A stretch of DNA of 64,000 nt, from assembly GCF_018977255.1 (NCBI RefSeq), contig NW_024704743.1, forward strand, positions 27,654,001 through 27,718,000, given 5' to 3'. The DNA comes from Callorhinchus milii (taxonomy: Eukaryota). The notes beneath the pieces were generated by a model. The model did not search any database, was not told the origin of the DNA, and was given only the letters and a program-made list of their open reading frames with translations. The translations under genes and the position numbers were made by a program. Positions 1 through 12,954 of the stretch are shown piece by piece (position 1 is the first letter of the stretch; each line of letters opens with the position of its first letter).

Positions 1-1578
1 CTCCTTACTTCCTAGCTCCACCTCCTTTCCCTCTACTCACTGACATTGTTAACCTCTCCCTATCCTCTGGTACTGTTCCCACCCTTTTAAAAACTGGTGT
101 CATTACTCTTATCCTTAAAAAAACACTCCCTGGACCCTTCTCTACACCCTAACTACCGCCCCATCTCAAACCTCCCCTTCCTCTCCAAGGTCTGGGAACG
201 AGTTGTTGCTTCTCAGCTTTGCTCCTTCCTCTCCCGCCACTCCCTTCTCGAACTGTTCCAATTGGGCTTCCGTGCCGCCCACAGCACAGAAACTGCCCGG
301 GTCAAAGTGACAAATGACATTCTGTCCATCTGCAACCAGGGCTCCCTCTGCCTCCTCATCCTCTTTGACCTCTGCTGCTTTCAACACTGTCGACCACTGT
401 ATCCTCATCCACTGCCTCTCCTCTCACCTCAACCTCCACAGCGCTGTCCTTGATTGGTTCAGATCATACGACTCACACCACCTGCACTTCATCGCCTCCA
501 AACGGCTTCTCCTTTAGCCCCCGAACCATCTTGTGTGGTGTTCCTCAGGCCTCTGTCCTTGGTCCCTTCCTCTTCAACATCTACATGCTCCCTCTTGGTG
601 ACATCATCCACAGACGTGGGGTCAACTTCCACATGTATGTGGATGACACCCAACTCTACCTCTGTGCCTCCACCCTTGACTCCAAGACCACTGCTGTCCT
701 GACAGAATGTGTCAAGTCCTGGATGAGAGCTAACTTTATTCAGTTGAACATCAACAAGACCGAGGCGCTCCTTATTGGCTCCCGTCAGTGCCTTCTCACC
801 TCAGGCGCTGACACCATCACCATCCATGGTCAAACACTCCACCTTGCTAAGCTAGTCCAGAACCTTAAGGTCTTGTTTGACCCTCAACTATCCTTTCTAC
901 ACCATATCTGACCATGACCCACTCTGCCATCCCCCACCTCTGCAACGTCACCCGGCTCCGACACTGTCTCAAACCACAGGCCGCCGAAACCCTCAGACAC
1001 CCCTTCATTACATCAAGCCTCGATTATGCAAACTCACTGCTTGTCGGCCTCCCCAATTCCTCCCTCCACAGGCTGCAGATCATTCAGAACTTTGTAGCCC
1101 GTGTCCTCTCCCGCACTAGGCTCTGCAACCCGATCACTCCCATCCATGCCTAACTCCACTGGCTTCCCATCACACAGAGGGTGCAGTTCAAGATCCTGTT
1201 CCTCACCTTCTTGCTCCCCCCTATCTCTCCAATCTCCTAACCTCCTACCACACTGTTCGCTCCCTCGGCTCAGTGGGCTCCAGCCTGCTCCACTTCCCTC
1301 ATTTTGCTTGCCCCATTATCGGTGAGCTGGCCTTCTGCCACTCTGCACCCACCCTCTGAAGCTCCATCCGCAGTCCCTCCATCTTGCCCTCTCTCTCGCC
1401 ACCTTCATGACCCACTTCAAGATCCTCCTCTTTGACCATGCTTTTGATCACCCTGCTTCTCCCCCTGCCCTCCCCCATCCCAACCATCAGCTCGGGTCCA
1501 TAACTCTGGCTGGCAATGCCTTGGAACATCCTCCCGATGTGAAAAGCGCCATACAAATGCAATTTTGTTGTTGTTGTT
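1..1578 (+). mobile_element. L2 (LINE-2 clade) non-LTR retrotransposon, RT and 3' end, frameshifted; runs off the window start
   Basis: ORF pieces give NYRPISNLPFLSKV, GFRAAHSTETA, GVPQASVLGP, HMYVDDTQLY and LQLN-type motifs; L2-type 3' end GTGAAAAGCGCCATACAAATGCAA followed by a (TTG)n tail. Confidence 0.95.
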
Positions 1579-1946
1579 ACCAGATCACAGTGTTAACCTT
1601 GGTAAAGCACCTTTGGTGAATTGTCTTTCAAAATATTGTTCTACTTTAACATTAATAACCAAGGGAAATTTACAACATTGTGTTCTGTGCCTTTGTGTTC
1701 ACCAGTGCCTTCATTCTACAGAAAAGTTGAAACACCAAATTAATGCTCAAGCAACATATTGTTTGCATTTGAAGAATTAGAAAACCATGTTTGCTGCCTT
1801 CTCTAATACAGACTTTGAATGTAAACTCAACAAACTCTCATGATTAAATATTTTAGAAAGGGCTCAGTTAATTTGTGTAGATCATTTTTTTGTTAAATGA
1901 GTGTTTGTGTTATTATGCACAATGTGGCATTGAAAAGGGATTTTGT

Positions 1947-2365
1947 TTGATCAACTGGATATTTGGTATATGCAGTAACCCACCACTATGCTTAAGGCTC
2001 TCCAAACTATTGAGAGTTCCACATAAGTTTGGACTTTTCCAATTGTCTGGTATGGAGTGAATTCTCTCCTCGAAGGCATGCATCCTCCTCACTTAATCCA
2101 AGAGAATTTCCGTGCATGTTGGCAAGAGTCAAGGTTTGGAGACTACAGCATGTGTTTTGAGATAGTAAAATCACATAGCTTGCCATTGTGAACACAGGCA
2201 AACTTCCCACTGCATGCCAGGTTAATACCATCCTACCCGTTAGGGCTTTGTTTTGTAAAATTAACAGGAATCAAGTGGGAAGAATCCCAGCTACCAGTGA
2301 CTGATCTGCTCTTCCAAATCCTGTTGATGTCCAGGCTGACTGGTCCATCAACAACAGTGGGTGTA
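1947..2365 (+). repeat. Dispersed repeat, HERO-like 5' region family, degenerate copy
   Basis: Aligns by eye to 9701-10457 and 34226-34760 (GTTGGCAAGAGTCAAGG, AGCTTGCCATTG, GTTAGGGCTTTG, CCAGTGACTGATCTG). Confidence 0.7.
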
Positions 2366-4719
2366 GTGACGCAGATACATGAGAAAGCAGGCAGCAATGA
2401 GCAGCAAAAATATAGATGCTCGTTGATTTCCGGGAGCTATCCGGTATGAGATTAAAATAATGGTAAATCCTTCAAAATGGTTTCAGGTTTTCATTTGCAA
2501 TTGTTGTCCTTATGATAATTATTGTCTCTGTGAGGAATGCACCACCTCTCACTAACGGCCCCCCACCCGGAGAGTTGTCAGTACTGGGGAACTACATATT
2601 TATATTGATAATATTCGCTGGCAGCATCTATCTCTTGCAGGTTAGGTATAGTGTAGGCTACAGGCAGAATAAAGAGCCCTCTATTCTGACAAACAACCTG
2701 CTTCAACCCCAATCTCAGAAAATCACTAGCGTTTCTATTGTTTGATTTGCAATAAAATTTGTGTAACCGATTTTCAAAAATTATCTTGTGTAATTTATAG
2801 TTACTTCCAATCTCAAGGTGCTGTGGGAAAGATTGTTTTCTATTCATTGCTCTTTTTAAACAGAATATTGCAAGCTGAAAAATCTCACAACCAATTGGGA
2901 ATTTGATATAAATCTATTCTAAACAAACAAAGTAGATGCTGACAAAGTGGAACAGTGGTTCCTGTTATTTTTTAAAAAGCTTTTGGGCCCGGATTGCGTG
3001 ACAAGCAGTAACCTCAATTTCCCAAAGAAAAGGAAATAAAAGATTTTATCTAACCTTCAAAAAGAAGGAAATTGTCGACGTGTATGTGACAATACACAGA
3101 ACACCAAAGAACCTGGCATTTAATAATGCAGCCGCCAACCGGGAAGAGAAACTCGTCAACGTTATTAAAAAGGAGGCTTTGAGTAAACTTCAATCAGCCA
3201 TAAGTTGAAGAATGAATTGTTTAAGCTATTAGTGTGTGGCTCACACACATCACATAAACGATCTATGAACTATAATCGTAGACCAGTTTATCCGACACTT
3301 TTTACAGCATGAAAATAACAGTACAAATCAAGTGTGAAGTGTGTGATCGTGAAGCTTTCTTGCTAGAGCACGGCCCCTGAAACCACTTGAAAAGGCAGGG
3401 TATCAGTTCACACTATTGCCGTCTAAATGCAGGGGGTACAAACAGACTCAGACCCTATTCAACAAAAGGCCCTTACGAGTTATTTCTCAATTCAGAAGTA
3501 TATTTTGTTATTCCTGGAGAATTACATCTCCCTTCATTCCTTTCAGAACTGATTCGCGCTGTATGAATCTTTGACTGTGCCTTCAGTCATTTCTCCCCTC
3601 CCACTTTCACCAGTTCGGGTGGCCAGCCACCAGTGTCAAGAACTTTGGAACTCCCTTCAACATGAAAACACTCTATAAATGTAAATTGTATTTTATTGGC
3701 TTTTACCACAGCTGATTTAAACAGAAACTTTTTTCTGTGTTCCTAGTTGCAATAACTATTTTCATCTTCAATTTCTTTTGAACTTTTCAAACATTTTAAG
3801 GCCACTATCTGATGAGAAAGTGTGAAATCAGCGTTCATCACAGCTCAATGAAAGAATTTTCTGATTGACATTAAGTATGTACAGCAAATTCCCCAGTGAA
3901 CGCCCTAGCTCCTTTATTTCATATTGAACTCTAATGTGATAAGTGAAACAACTGACATGAAAAGCTGATTATTCATGTCACACAAACTGGCTGAAATACA
4001 TTTTCTCCTAATGAGATTTTAAAAAAAAGCTTTGTTTCATAAAATAAGACCTTAGAGGGAGTCTGACTTGACTAATGTAAAACTTACTGAGGGCCATGTC
4101 ACAAACGTTTAAGTTTAAAGGGGTGAGAACTAATTGTGTTAGACTTTAATATAGTTTAATGAATGAAATATGCAGGAGTAAAATCTGAGTTTAAAAAACA
4201 GGTTGTAAATATGGAATATAAATACTTTTTAAGCCTAAATGCTTACAACCTCAGGCTTCAATAAATACACAAACACCTTGTTTTGACTTCAGAAACAAAA
4301 GCTGTCCCACTATGTTTGCCACAAAACAGTCTTGAGATATTGTCCTGATGTGAAAGACACTATATCAAATGCAAGGATCATTATTATTTATTATTTTCCC
4401 TGAATTTGAATTTGGGGTAAAAAGAGCAAGCAACCTAATTTACATGCATAGATTATATCTAATACCTATACTCATTCAATGTCAAGCCCCACATCAGTGA
4501 AATTAAATCAGATGACCTCAAGATCTGCTCTGGGGGCTGAAATCCAGGTGGGGGGAGGTTAAAGATTTTTGAAAGGTAGAGAGTTTCTTCCACAGTCCTG
4601 GCAGCAATCCTTCAAATAAATTAATCATTCATGTAAGTGCTGTTTATGTGACCTAGCTGTGTGCAAATTGGATGCTGCGAATACCTGCAAATATAAAGTT
4701 ACTACACTTGATGCAATAT

Positions 4720-5390
4720 AACACAATTTAGATAGCGCCTTTCACATCAGCAAGTTGTCTCAAAGTGCTTGACGCAGCTAGATGGGCACCCCAGCTGGTA
4801 GTGGGAGCTGAAAGATGGCCAAAAGAATCATAGAATCATATATCGTACAGCACAAAAAGAGGCCATTCGGCCCATCGAGTTTGTGCCAGCTCTTTGAATA
4901 GAGCAATTAATGTCAATCCCACTCCCCAGCCCTTTCCCCTTAACCCTGCAAACCCGTCCTCCTCAAATACCCGTCCACCGCGTTTTTAAAAGTAGTTATC
5001 GAATCGACCTCGACCACCCTTTCAGGCAATGCGTTCCAGATTCGAACAAATCGCTGCGTGAAAATATTTCTTCTCACCTCCCCTCTGTTTCTCTTAGATA
5101 CTATTGTGAATCTGTGATCTCGAGTCACCGTCACACCCATGAGTGGAAACAGTTTTTCCCTTTCCAACCTATCAAATCCCCTCATGATTTTGAAGACCTC
5201 TATTAGGTCTCTTCGTAACCTTCTCTGCTCCAATGAGAATAATCCCAGCCTCTCTAGCCTTTCCACATAATCAAGGTCCCTCATTCCTGGTACCATCCTC
5301 GTAAATCTCCGTTAAAAGTGCAGGCAAAGAGAAAGGTTTTGAGGCAGACCAAGAGGGAGGTGAGGGAAGGGGCGAAAGGAAGGCTTAGGA
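4720..5390 (-). mobile_element. Old L2 3' fragment split by a CR1 insertion
   Basis: L2 terminal motif ATAGCGCCTTTCAC near 4732; L2-like sequence resumes at 5314 after the CR1. Confidence 0.6.
4824..5312 (-). mobile_element. CR1 LINE 3' fragment
   Basis: ORF 4940-5296 YVERLERLGLFSLEQRRLRRDLIEVFKI...FTQRFVRIWNALP, typical CR1 ORF2 C-terminus; (ATTCTATG)n-type tail. Confidence 0.95.
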
Positions 5391-5394
5391 TAAC

Positions 5395-5710
5395 GTTTTT
5401 AATTCAGAGAGTTGGGATGTGGTGGCAGAGGCTGAGTCCATTGTGGGTTTCAAATAAGGTGACAGAGGCAGAGTCCATTGTGGGTTTCAAGCGAGAAGGA
5501 GATAGATAAATGAAAGTCAGAAGTTTGAGGAAGGGGTTATGAGGATATGGAGGAGCAGTTGGATTGCTCTGAGAGACCATGCAGACTTGATGGTCTGGAT
5601 GGAGTCCTTCTATGCTGTAAATTGTTGTAATGGATTCTGCATCTATGGTCTTCTTAAGCAGAGAATTCCACATCCTCACAACACTTTGTACAAAGAAATG
5701 GTGTGTAGTC
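5395..5710. mobile_element. Two degraded CR1 3' fragments in opposite orientation
   Basis: Plus piece IQRVGMWWQRL with CR1-like 3' UTR; minus piece FFVQSVVRMWNSL. Confidence 0.7.
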
Positions 5711-5760
5711 TGAGTTGCTCGTGGCCCTCTCACTAGTTAAGCAGCTATCTCACATGCATG

Positions 5761-6090
5761 GAGTCCTGTAGCTCAGTGGTTAGAGCCCTCGCTTTGCAAG
5801 CGAGAGCCCTGAGTTCAATTCCAGGCAGGGCGAAACCTTGGGCAAGTTTCCTTACTCCACACAGAGCCTAATAATAATCCCTCCAAAAAAACAAAACAAT
5901 AATAAATTGGTCATCTTCAATCTACGACTGTTTGTGGGACACTGCTGTGAGTAATTCGCTGCCGCGTTCGCCCACAAATATACAGTCAATTCACTTTACA
6001 GTATATTCTGTGAAGCGCTTTGGGACGTCTAGAAGACGTGAAAAGCTCTATATCAAATGCAAGGATTATTATTATTATTATTATTATCAT
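5761..6090 (+). mobile_element. tRNA-derived SINE, family A, short form
   Basis: A box TAGCTCAGTGG, B box GAGTTCAATTCC, arm CTCGC-TTTGCAA-GCGAG, L2-like 3' end and (TTA)n tail; near-identical to 32423-32737 and 39829-40145. Confidence 0.95.
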
Positions 6091-7342
6091 AGATACTTTC
6101 ACATTGCTTTTTCCAAATCACAACCACCAAAATAATATTCATGGAACTGGGAAAAAGAGCCCTTCCCAGCCTCTGCTCCTTTTTCTTAGGTAGACCTAAA
6201 CCCACTGGGAAAAGATGATAGAGTTGAACAAAATTGTATTTTTACAATGGAATTCATTGATAGTAACTCAGATGGCAGATGGGAATCCTGCTGAAAACAC
6301 ATCATAACCAACTTAATAATAAAACACAATAATCCTTGCATTTGATATCGGCCTTTCATGTCAGGAAAATGTCTTAAAGTGCTTCACAGAATGTACTATA
6401 AGTTGTAGCGTCTGCGTAATTTATAGGCAAATGTGGCAACCAATTTGTGCACAGTATTGTCCTAACTGGTAGGAACCTTATGACCTACTTCCAACACTTC
6501 AGAGCAACAATCCTACGAGTAGGCTCTGGCATACTGCTGCATACTGCTAGGATTCCCTGCTAAAGACCAAGTCACCGTTAGTGAAGCTTGTTAGAAGCCA
6601 TGGATTTTTTTTAACTTCAATGTGAAAGATCCCATGCATGTTTAGAACATTAAACTATAATATAATTATAACCATAACTATAACATCATAACTTCTAAAT
6701 TCAAACAAAAGTCTAGAAAACTCCTGGGATTTTCAAATAAAGTGGGAGCAAAATATGCAATGTTTCATATAGAATTTGATGAATTCATGTTGAATCTGTT
6801 CTGAATGATTGCATTTTTCACACCAAAATAAAGCTTTAGCTGCACTCAAGGGTTAGCATTTTCATGTTGCTCAAGATGGGGCCAGAGTCCTAATAAAAAA
6901 CTCAACATGAAAGGAATGCACTGTGGGATGTGTTGTCAGTGTTTTGGTGACGTTTAATTTGTCAAAAGATATATCTGAAGCTTTTTAAATCATTTTATTC
7001 CTTCATCATTAATCCCCTGCTGTCTCCCATGAAGGCTGAAGTCAACATCCAATTGAACTCAATTGTCTTTTTTATAGCTTATTGTGTTGTTTATATGTCT
7101 GTGAATTAAGTGATAATTATCTCTTCCTTGAATGGAGACAGTCCAGATTGAGCAATTCACAAGCACACAGAAACACAATAGCGAACAAACCGATTAAAGC
7201 ATTTCAACACTTTTTAACTTCCGTCATTAATAAAGATCAGTATTGAGAGGCCAAACAAGATGTAGCAGGAAATTAATTTTATTCAAATGTGGGCAAAACT
7301 TGAGGAACCAGGAAACATTCTTCTTTACTTGTGTAAATTTAC

Positions 7343-7555
7343 CTTTCCATGTGTAGATGGCATACAAATGTGGAAATCTGTCTGGTTTGGAGACTCTTAA
7401 ACATGAGAGTTTCCACATCTGTCAGATACCCAACTGACCAATGTTTTTTACATGATTTACAGCACTTTGTAAACTCTTAACAGCTTCCAAACGTGTTTTA
7501 GTATGCAAAAACTTTGACTTATTTTTGGTCAGCTGGATGTCTGACATGTCAAAAC
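7343..7555. repeat. Two HERO-like family end fragments in inverted arrangement
   Basis: Minus copy 7343-7441 and plus-strand terminus TTGGTCAGCTGGATGTCTGACA at 7525-7546. Confidence 0.65.
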
Positions 7556-7578
7556 TCATCAACATGTTTATGCTTTCC

Positions 7579-8110
7579 AATAATAATATAATAACGCTTG
7601 CGTTTGATATAGCGCCTTATCATGTCTTCGACACATCTCACAGCGCTTCATAGAGTAAACTGCAAAGTGATTTGACTATATTTTGTGGGCAAAACACTGC
7701 AGCCAATTGCGCATAATGGTGCCCCACAAACGATTGATCAAACAATTGTTTTTCATTTATTTATTTATTTATTTGTTTGTTTGTTTGTTTGTTTGCTTGC
7801 TTGCTTGCTTGCTTGTTTGCTTGTTTGTTTGTTTGTTTGTTTGTTTGTTTGTTTATGTATGTATGTATGTATGTGTTTGTTTGTTTGTTTGTTTGCTAGC
7901 TTGCTTGCTTGCTTGCTTGTTTGTTTGTTTGTTTAGAAAGGATTATCACCCCTGGAAAAGCAATCTGCCAATCGACTAACAACTGGATTCCCACTTACTG
8001 CTAGGTGAACAGAAGCATGTGGAGTAAGGAAACTTGCCCAACGTTTTGTCCTGTCTGGGAATCGAATCCAGGTCCTCTCGCAAATAGTTGAACCACTAAG
8101 CTACAGGACT
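7579..8110 (-). mobile_element. tRNA-derived SINE, family A, long form, with internal microsatellite
   Basis: Reverse complement shows head AGTCCTGTAGCTTAGTGG, central CTGTTCACCTAGCAGTAAGTGGGAATCC segment and (TTA)n tail. Confidence 0.9.
7755..7934. repeat. Compound tetranucleotide microsatellite (TTTA/TTTG/CTTG/TATG)
   Basis: Directly visible; lies in the A-rich linker of the SINE. Confidence 0.97.
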
Positions 8111-8779
8111 GAAAAGTTCTACATAGGGAGCTTGAACTCATTTAATGTAAGTTGGCACTCCAATGTAAAATTCTTTGAGACGTCTTCCCAATGTGAAAGG
8201 CGCTATATCAAATGCAAGATTATTAAGGATTATTATTCCATTTTATGGTAAACAAAATGTGAAAAACAACTTAGAAAACAATTATCCTGACAGCTAATCC
8301 ATTTCTCTGCCTATCTTGTCTTTCTCTTCCATGAAAAACAGATGAATCGATGAGCAATTAAGTGATTAATTGTTGTGGTGGTGATACTTTGTTTACAAAG
8401 CACTGCTTATTAATTCAGTGATTAATGGCAATGTATAGTTATAGTATGTCAATAGAAATTATAATAGTACTGCCAGTCGTAATCATGAGTTTGTTCTTAT
8501 TGTGTATTCCACCAAATGGAGGGTTTACCTTGGAGTTTGATTTTTATTGTTTTGCATCAAGATCTGTTGGGATTTCAAACTCCGGCAAAGGAAAAACAAA
8601 GTGGTGTGTTTACATAACCGACATATTACGGTTAAAAATGTGACAACTCAAAATAGGATTACCAATAAAGGTCCTTGGGGTCTGGAGGATGCTGAGTTGT
8701 AATCTGAAGCAACAGGCCATAGTAGAGATCCATCCAGAAGGAGGACGAAGCCTGACCAGGGGGATTGAGCAAATTGAAA

Positions 8780-9088
8780 GCCCTTAATGATCCATTAAGG
8801 AGGGAGTGGATCCACACTACATTGCCTTGCTGATGGTAAGGCACTAAGTACAGACAATATTAATGCTGAGCTTTTCAAAGCTTGTCTGAAAGATACAGGG
8901 TCTTGCAGATCAATGCCAAGAACCTTCAACATACTTTGTAGCTGTCCTTCTAATCAATAGGATCCTGGCTGAATAACATACACCATCAGTGCTGCAGAGT
9001 GTAAATGTGGTATCTATCCACTAGAAAGATGAAACTAATGAGACCAAGAATTACCAAGGAATTTCATTGATTTCAGTAGTTTTTAAGT
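8780..9088 (+). mobile_element. Degenerate RT N-terminal fragment of an RTE/RTEX-like LINE
   Basis: Manual translation gives LNDPLRRE, LADGKALSTDNINAELFKAC and VVSIH*KDETNETKNYQGISLISVVFK, matching KAxGxDxIxAE and KKG..NYRGISL motifs. Confidence 0.75.
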
Positions 9089-9199
9089 GGGGTGCTTTGA
9101 GTAGTCATGGCACACATATGGGAAGTATTTAAGGACTGCGGTGTAATTAGGAGGAAACAGGCTAGATTTTTATCTGGAGGACTGTTGAGCAAAATTTCT

Positions 9200-9345
9200 C
9201 TTTTCGAATACTGTCATGGGATCTTTATTGTCCACCTTAAAATGCAAACAAGACCTCAGTTTAACATCTCATCCAAACAATGGCACCTCCAAAATGCAGT
9301 ACCACTGCAGCACTGTATTGAAATATCAGCCTAGATTGTGAGCTT
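9200..9345 (-). mobile_element. SINE family B (Deu-domain-like) fragment
   Basis: Matches the core of 60592-61023 (GGATGAGATGTTAAAC...GGTGGACAATAAAGATCCCATG on minus). Confidence 0.8.
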
Positions 9346-9700
9346 AACATAAGCAGAATAAGTTCGAAGAAACAATGCATGTTTTCTAAAGCATTTATGT
9401 GATTGTATACTGGTTGGATAACCAGACTAGTTTTGTTATATTCCTGCTCAGATTCTTGTAGAAAATCAAATGGATCGTGAAAAAATAAATTATTAATAAT
9501 GATAATAATCCTTGCATTTGGTATAGCACCTAATCACTTCGGAAGGATGTCTCAAAGCACCTCACAAGAATTACTATGAAATGGAGTGATTGTGAATTTT
9601 ATGCAAATGTGGCAGTATAATTGGCGCAGCATTGTCTCACAAACAACTATGAAATGGGTGACCAATTCTATATTAAATTAAAATTAAAGAAACACCAACG

Positions 9701-10457
9701 TTTTGGGTCAATCAGGTGTCTGACACATACAGAAATACAGCATCATACTTAGGAGTATCCAAACCAAACTGAGAGTTCCAAGCATCTCACCTATACATGG
9801 AAATTCCTGAGGTATTTATTGGAATGGAATGCACACCCTCTCCCTGGATGTACGCATCCTGCTTACCAAATTTGAGTATTATGCGCAGGTTGGCAAGAGC
9901 CATGGCTTGGGGATGCGTTGGGATACTCCTGGAATTTAACCAGCTAAACAGTGTAGCTTGCCTTTGAGAGCACTGCCTGGCAAGTTTCCTGATGCTTGTC
10001 CAGTAAGGACACCAACCCTTCCCATTATTGCTTTGGCTTCAAGGCTTGCAACAGTGGAGTGGGTAAAATCCTTGCCCTTATTTTGCCTCTCTAAATCCTA
10101 CCGACCATAGAATTATAGAGTTATACAACACAGAAGGAGGCCATTTGGTCCATTACGTCTGCGCCAGCTCTTTGAAAAGAGCTATCAAAATCATTCCCAT
10201 TCCCTGGGCTCTCCCCTAGCCCTGCAAACTTGTCCTCCCCAAATAATTATCTAACCAATGAGCCAATCCAGCTGATTTGTCATCAGCAGTGTCCTGGAGT
10301 TTTGCGGATCTGCTTGTTTCAGGAACTGGATGACCGAAGCCGCCACAGAAGACTGACTCATTTCTGACGTTCCATTGTAACTTTGGAGCCCGCTCAGCTC
10401 AAACAAGATCCCATTTACCTCCCCTATCCCCCAGGATGATAATCACTTACTGTCACT
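9701..10457 (+). repeat. HERO-like 5' region family copy, interrupted by CR1 at ~10106-10255
   Basis: Colinear with 34226-34760 and 59638-60152 on both sides of the CR1 insert. Confidence 0.8.
10106..10255 (-). mobile_element. CR1 3' UTR fragment
   Basis: Similar to 4824-4970 (CACAGAAGGAGGCCATT...GCCAGCTCTTTGAA...CCCTGCAAAC). Confidence 0.85.
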
Positions 10458-11134
10458 TTGGAAAGATGAGCTCAACCCTTAGCAATTGCATTAAAAATTA
10501 GACCTACGTAGCAAGGCCCATGCCTGTTCTATAAGAAAATGAAGGCACTGAATAAATAGTTATCCATTGTGAAGTTGCTTGGTTCAGACATAGTTCATTT
10601 TGGATGGAACTAAGCTGGGACTGAATTGGAAGCAACAGGTGGATAGCAGAAATACTGTCAGCTATATAGGCTATGGTTAACACTCATTTACTTTAACTAC
10701 ACATTAAGGGTGACATTTATTTTCCTGTTCTGTACATGAAAGTTGACATAATAATTTGTTGTTAAATTGGCTGGTTAGTTTGAGCTAACTTTGGAACAGT
10801 TTGGCATATGTCGTAGTGGAAATTTTCTTGTTCTATCAATGTTTGGGTTTTATTCCCTGGAAATTGGAAAAAATTCTAATAACAGCAGCCGAGATGGCTG
10901 ATTCCCAAGTATGATCTTGTTGCAAGCATGCTGTACAGTATGTTCTTTCTGCAGTTAGTTAGAAAATGATGATTCAAACTTTTTTTTCAGTATTTTGTTT
11001 TAATCGCAACTAAACCAGACAGCCTTTCTTGGAAAACATTTCATAACTTCACACATTCAAATTGAAAATTGTAAATGCATAATGTTATCATTATTGTTCG
11101 TGATAAGCATCACACTGTTGACAAATAGTAAAAT

Positions 11135-11480
11135 CAATTCTTACATTTTGATGTCGCGTCCTTCACATCAGGAGGACATCTCAAAGCACTTCACAGTATA
11201 TAGTGTAAAGTGGAATTAATTAATTACTGTGTATTTTGTAACCAACTATGGCAGTCAATTTGCACACAGCAATATCTCACAAAGCCATGAAGTGAGTTAC
11301 CAATTTTATTTGAAGGATTGTTGGCCAGCAAACTGGGAAAAGCTCCCTTCTATTTTCGAGTAGTGCCATGGGATACTCAACATTCGTCGGAACAGGTTAA
11401 ACATCTCACCTGAAAGATGGCACCTCTGACAACAGCACTGCACTGGAGGGTCAGCCTATTCTGTAAGTTCAAAATCCTGA
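11135..11480 (-). mobile_element. SINE family B (Deu-domain-like), degenerate
   Basis: Deu-like core at ~11340-11460 plus the shared 3' module. Confidence 0.75.
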
Positions 11481-11694
11481 CGTGATGAATCAGGTTCAAT
11501 TGATAACAACACTGGTCGTGGATGTGAGGCCCTCCCCCTATCTACCTCTGTCACTATAGTCAGTCCTGAAATTGACCCAGAGTGGTCTTACCATCCATGA
11601 TTCACAGTATTACATGTGCACTCAAACCCATCGAGCCTCACTGTTATTTTTCAATGTTCAACTCTTCTTTAAACCTTTCATCTGGGATCTAATC

Positions 11695-12948
11695 ATCATC
11701 CTTATTTGTCCTTCTTGACTTTTCTGCTGCTTTCGACACCTTCGACCACTCTATCCTCATCCACCACCTCTCCTCTCACCTCAACCTCCACGGCTCTGTC
11801 CTTGACAGGTTCAGATCGTACCTCTCATACCACCTCCACTTCATCTCCACAGATGGTTTCTCCTCTAGCCCTTAACCATCGGTGTTCCTCAGGGCTCTGT
11901 CCTTGGTCCCCTCCTTTTCAATATCTATACTCTCTGTTGGTGACATCATCCGCAGACATAGGGTCAACTTCCACATGTATGCGGATGACATCCAACTCTA
12001 CCTCTCTGCCTCCACCCTTGACCACAGGATCTCTGCTGTCCTGACAGAATGTCTGTCAGACATCAAGTCCTGGATGAGAGCTAACTTTCTTCAGTTGAAC
12101 ATCAACAAGACCGAGGCTCTCCTGATTGGCTCCCGTCAGCACCTTCACACCTCAGGTGCCGACACTATCACCATCCATGATTGCACATTCCACCTTGCTA
12201 AGCCAGTCCAGGACCTTGGGTCTTGTTTGACCCTCAACTATCCTTTCTACCCCACATCCGTGCCAATACTGCTCTGCCTTCCCCCACCTCTGCAACATCA
12301 CCCAGCTCTGCCATTCTCTCACACCACAGGCCGACAAACCCTCACACATGCTTTCATTACATCAAGGCTCGACTATGAAACTCATTGCTTGTCGGCCTCC
12401 CCAACTCCTCCCTTCACAGACTGCAGATTATCCAGGACTCTGCAGCCCATGTCCTCTCCCGCACTAGGCTCCGCGACCCTATCACCCTCATCCTTGCCCA
12501 ACTCCACTGTCTTCCCATCACTCAGAGGATAGAGTTCAAGATCCTGGTCCTCACCTTCAAAGCCCTCCATGATCTTGCTCCCCTTACCTCTGCAACCTCT
12601 TATACTTCTACCATCCTGCTCACTCCCTCCACTCAGTGGGCTGCGGCCTGCTTCACGTTCCCCGCCACGCTAGCCCTACTGTTGGCGGGTGGGCCTTCCG
12701 CCACTCTGCCACCACCCTCTGGAATTCCATCCTGCAGTCCCTCCACCTCACCCCCTCCCTTGCCATCTTCAAGACCCATCTCAAAGCCCACCTCTTCAAC
12801 TGTGGTTTAGATCTCCCTGCTTCCCCCTTGACCTCCACCTTCCCTGACCGCAATTCCCAGCTCGGGTCCATAACTCTATCTGTCCAGCGCCTTGGGACAT
12901 CCTCCTGACGTGAAAGGTGCTTTACAAATGTAATTTTGTTGTTGTTGT
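11695..12948 (+). mobile_element. L2 5'-truncated copy, same subfamily as 1-1578
   Basis: HMYADDIQLY, CLSDIKSWMRANFLQLNINKTEA, HAFITSRLDY; (TTG)n tail; closely similar to 350-1578. Confidence 0.95.
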
Positions 12949-12954
12949 AATTAA

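Noticed and set aside
3001..3210. Startless open frame ending NREEKLVNVIKKEALSKLQSAIS
   Set aside because: No good splice acceptor and no recognisable homology; length is within chance expectation
3808..3850. CTGATGA...GAAA hammerhead-like core
   Set aside because: No stem II or stem III pairing
5761..5832. tRNA-Ala(TGC) gene
   Set aside because: It is the head of a multi-copy SINE, followed by a body and (TTA)n tail; acceptor and T arms are imperfect
7683..7979. Hydrophobic membrane-protein-like ORFs
   Set aside because: Translation of a tetranucleotide microsatellite
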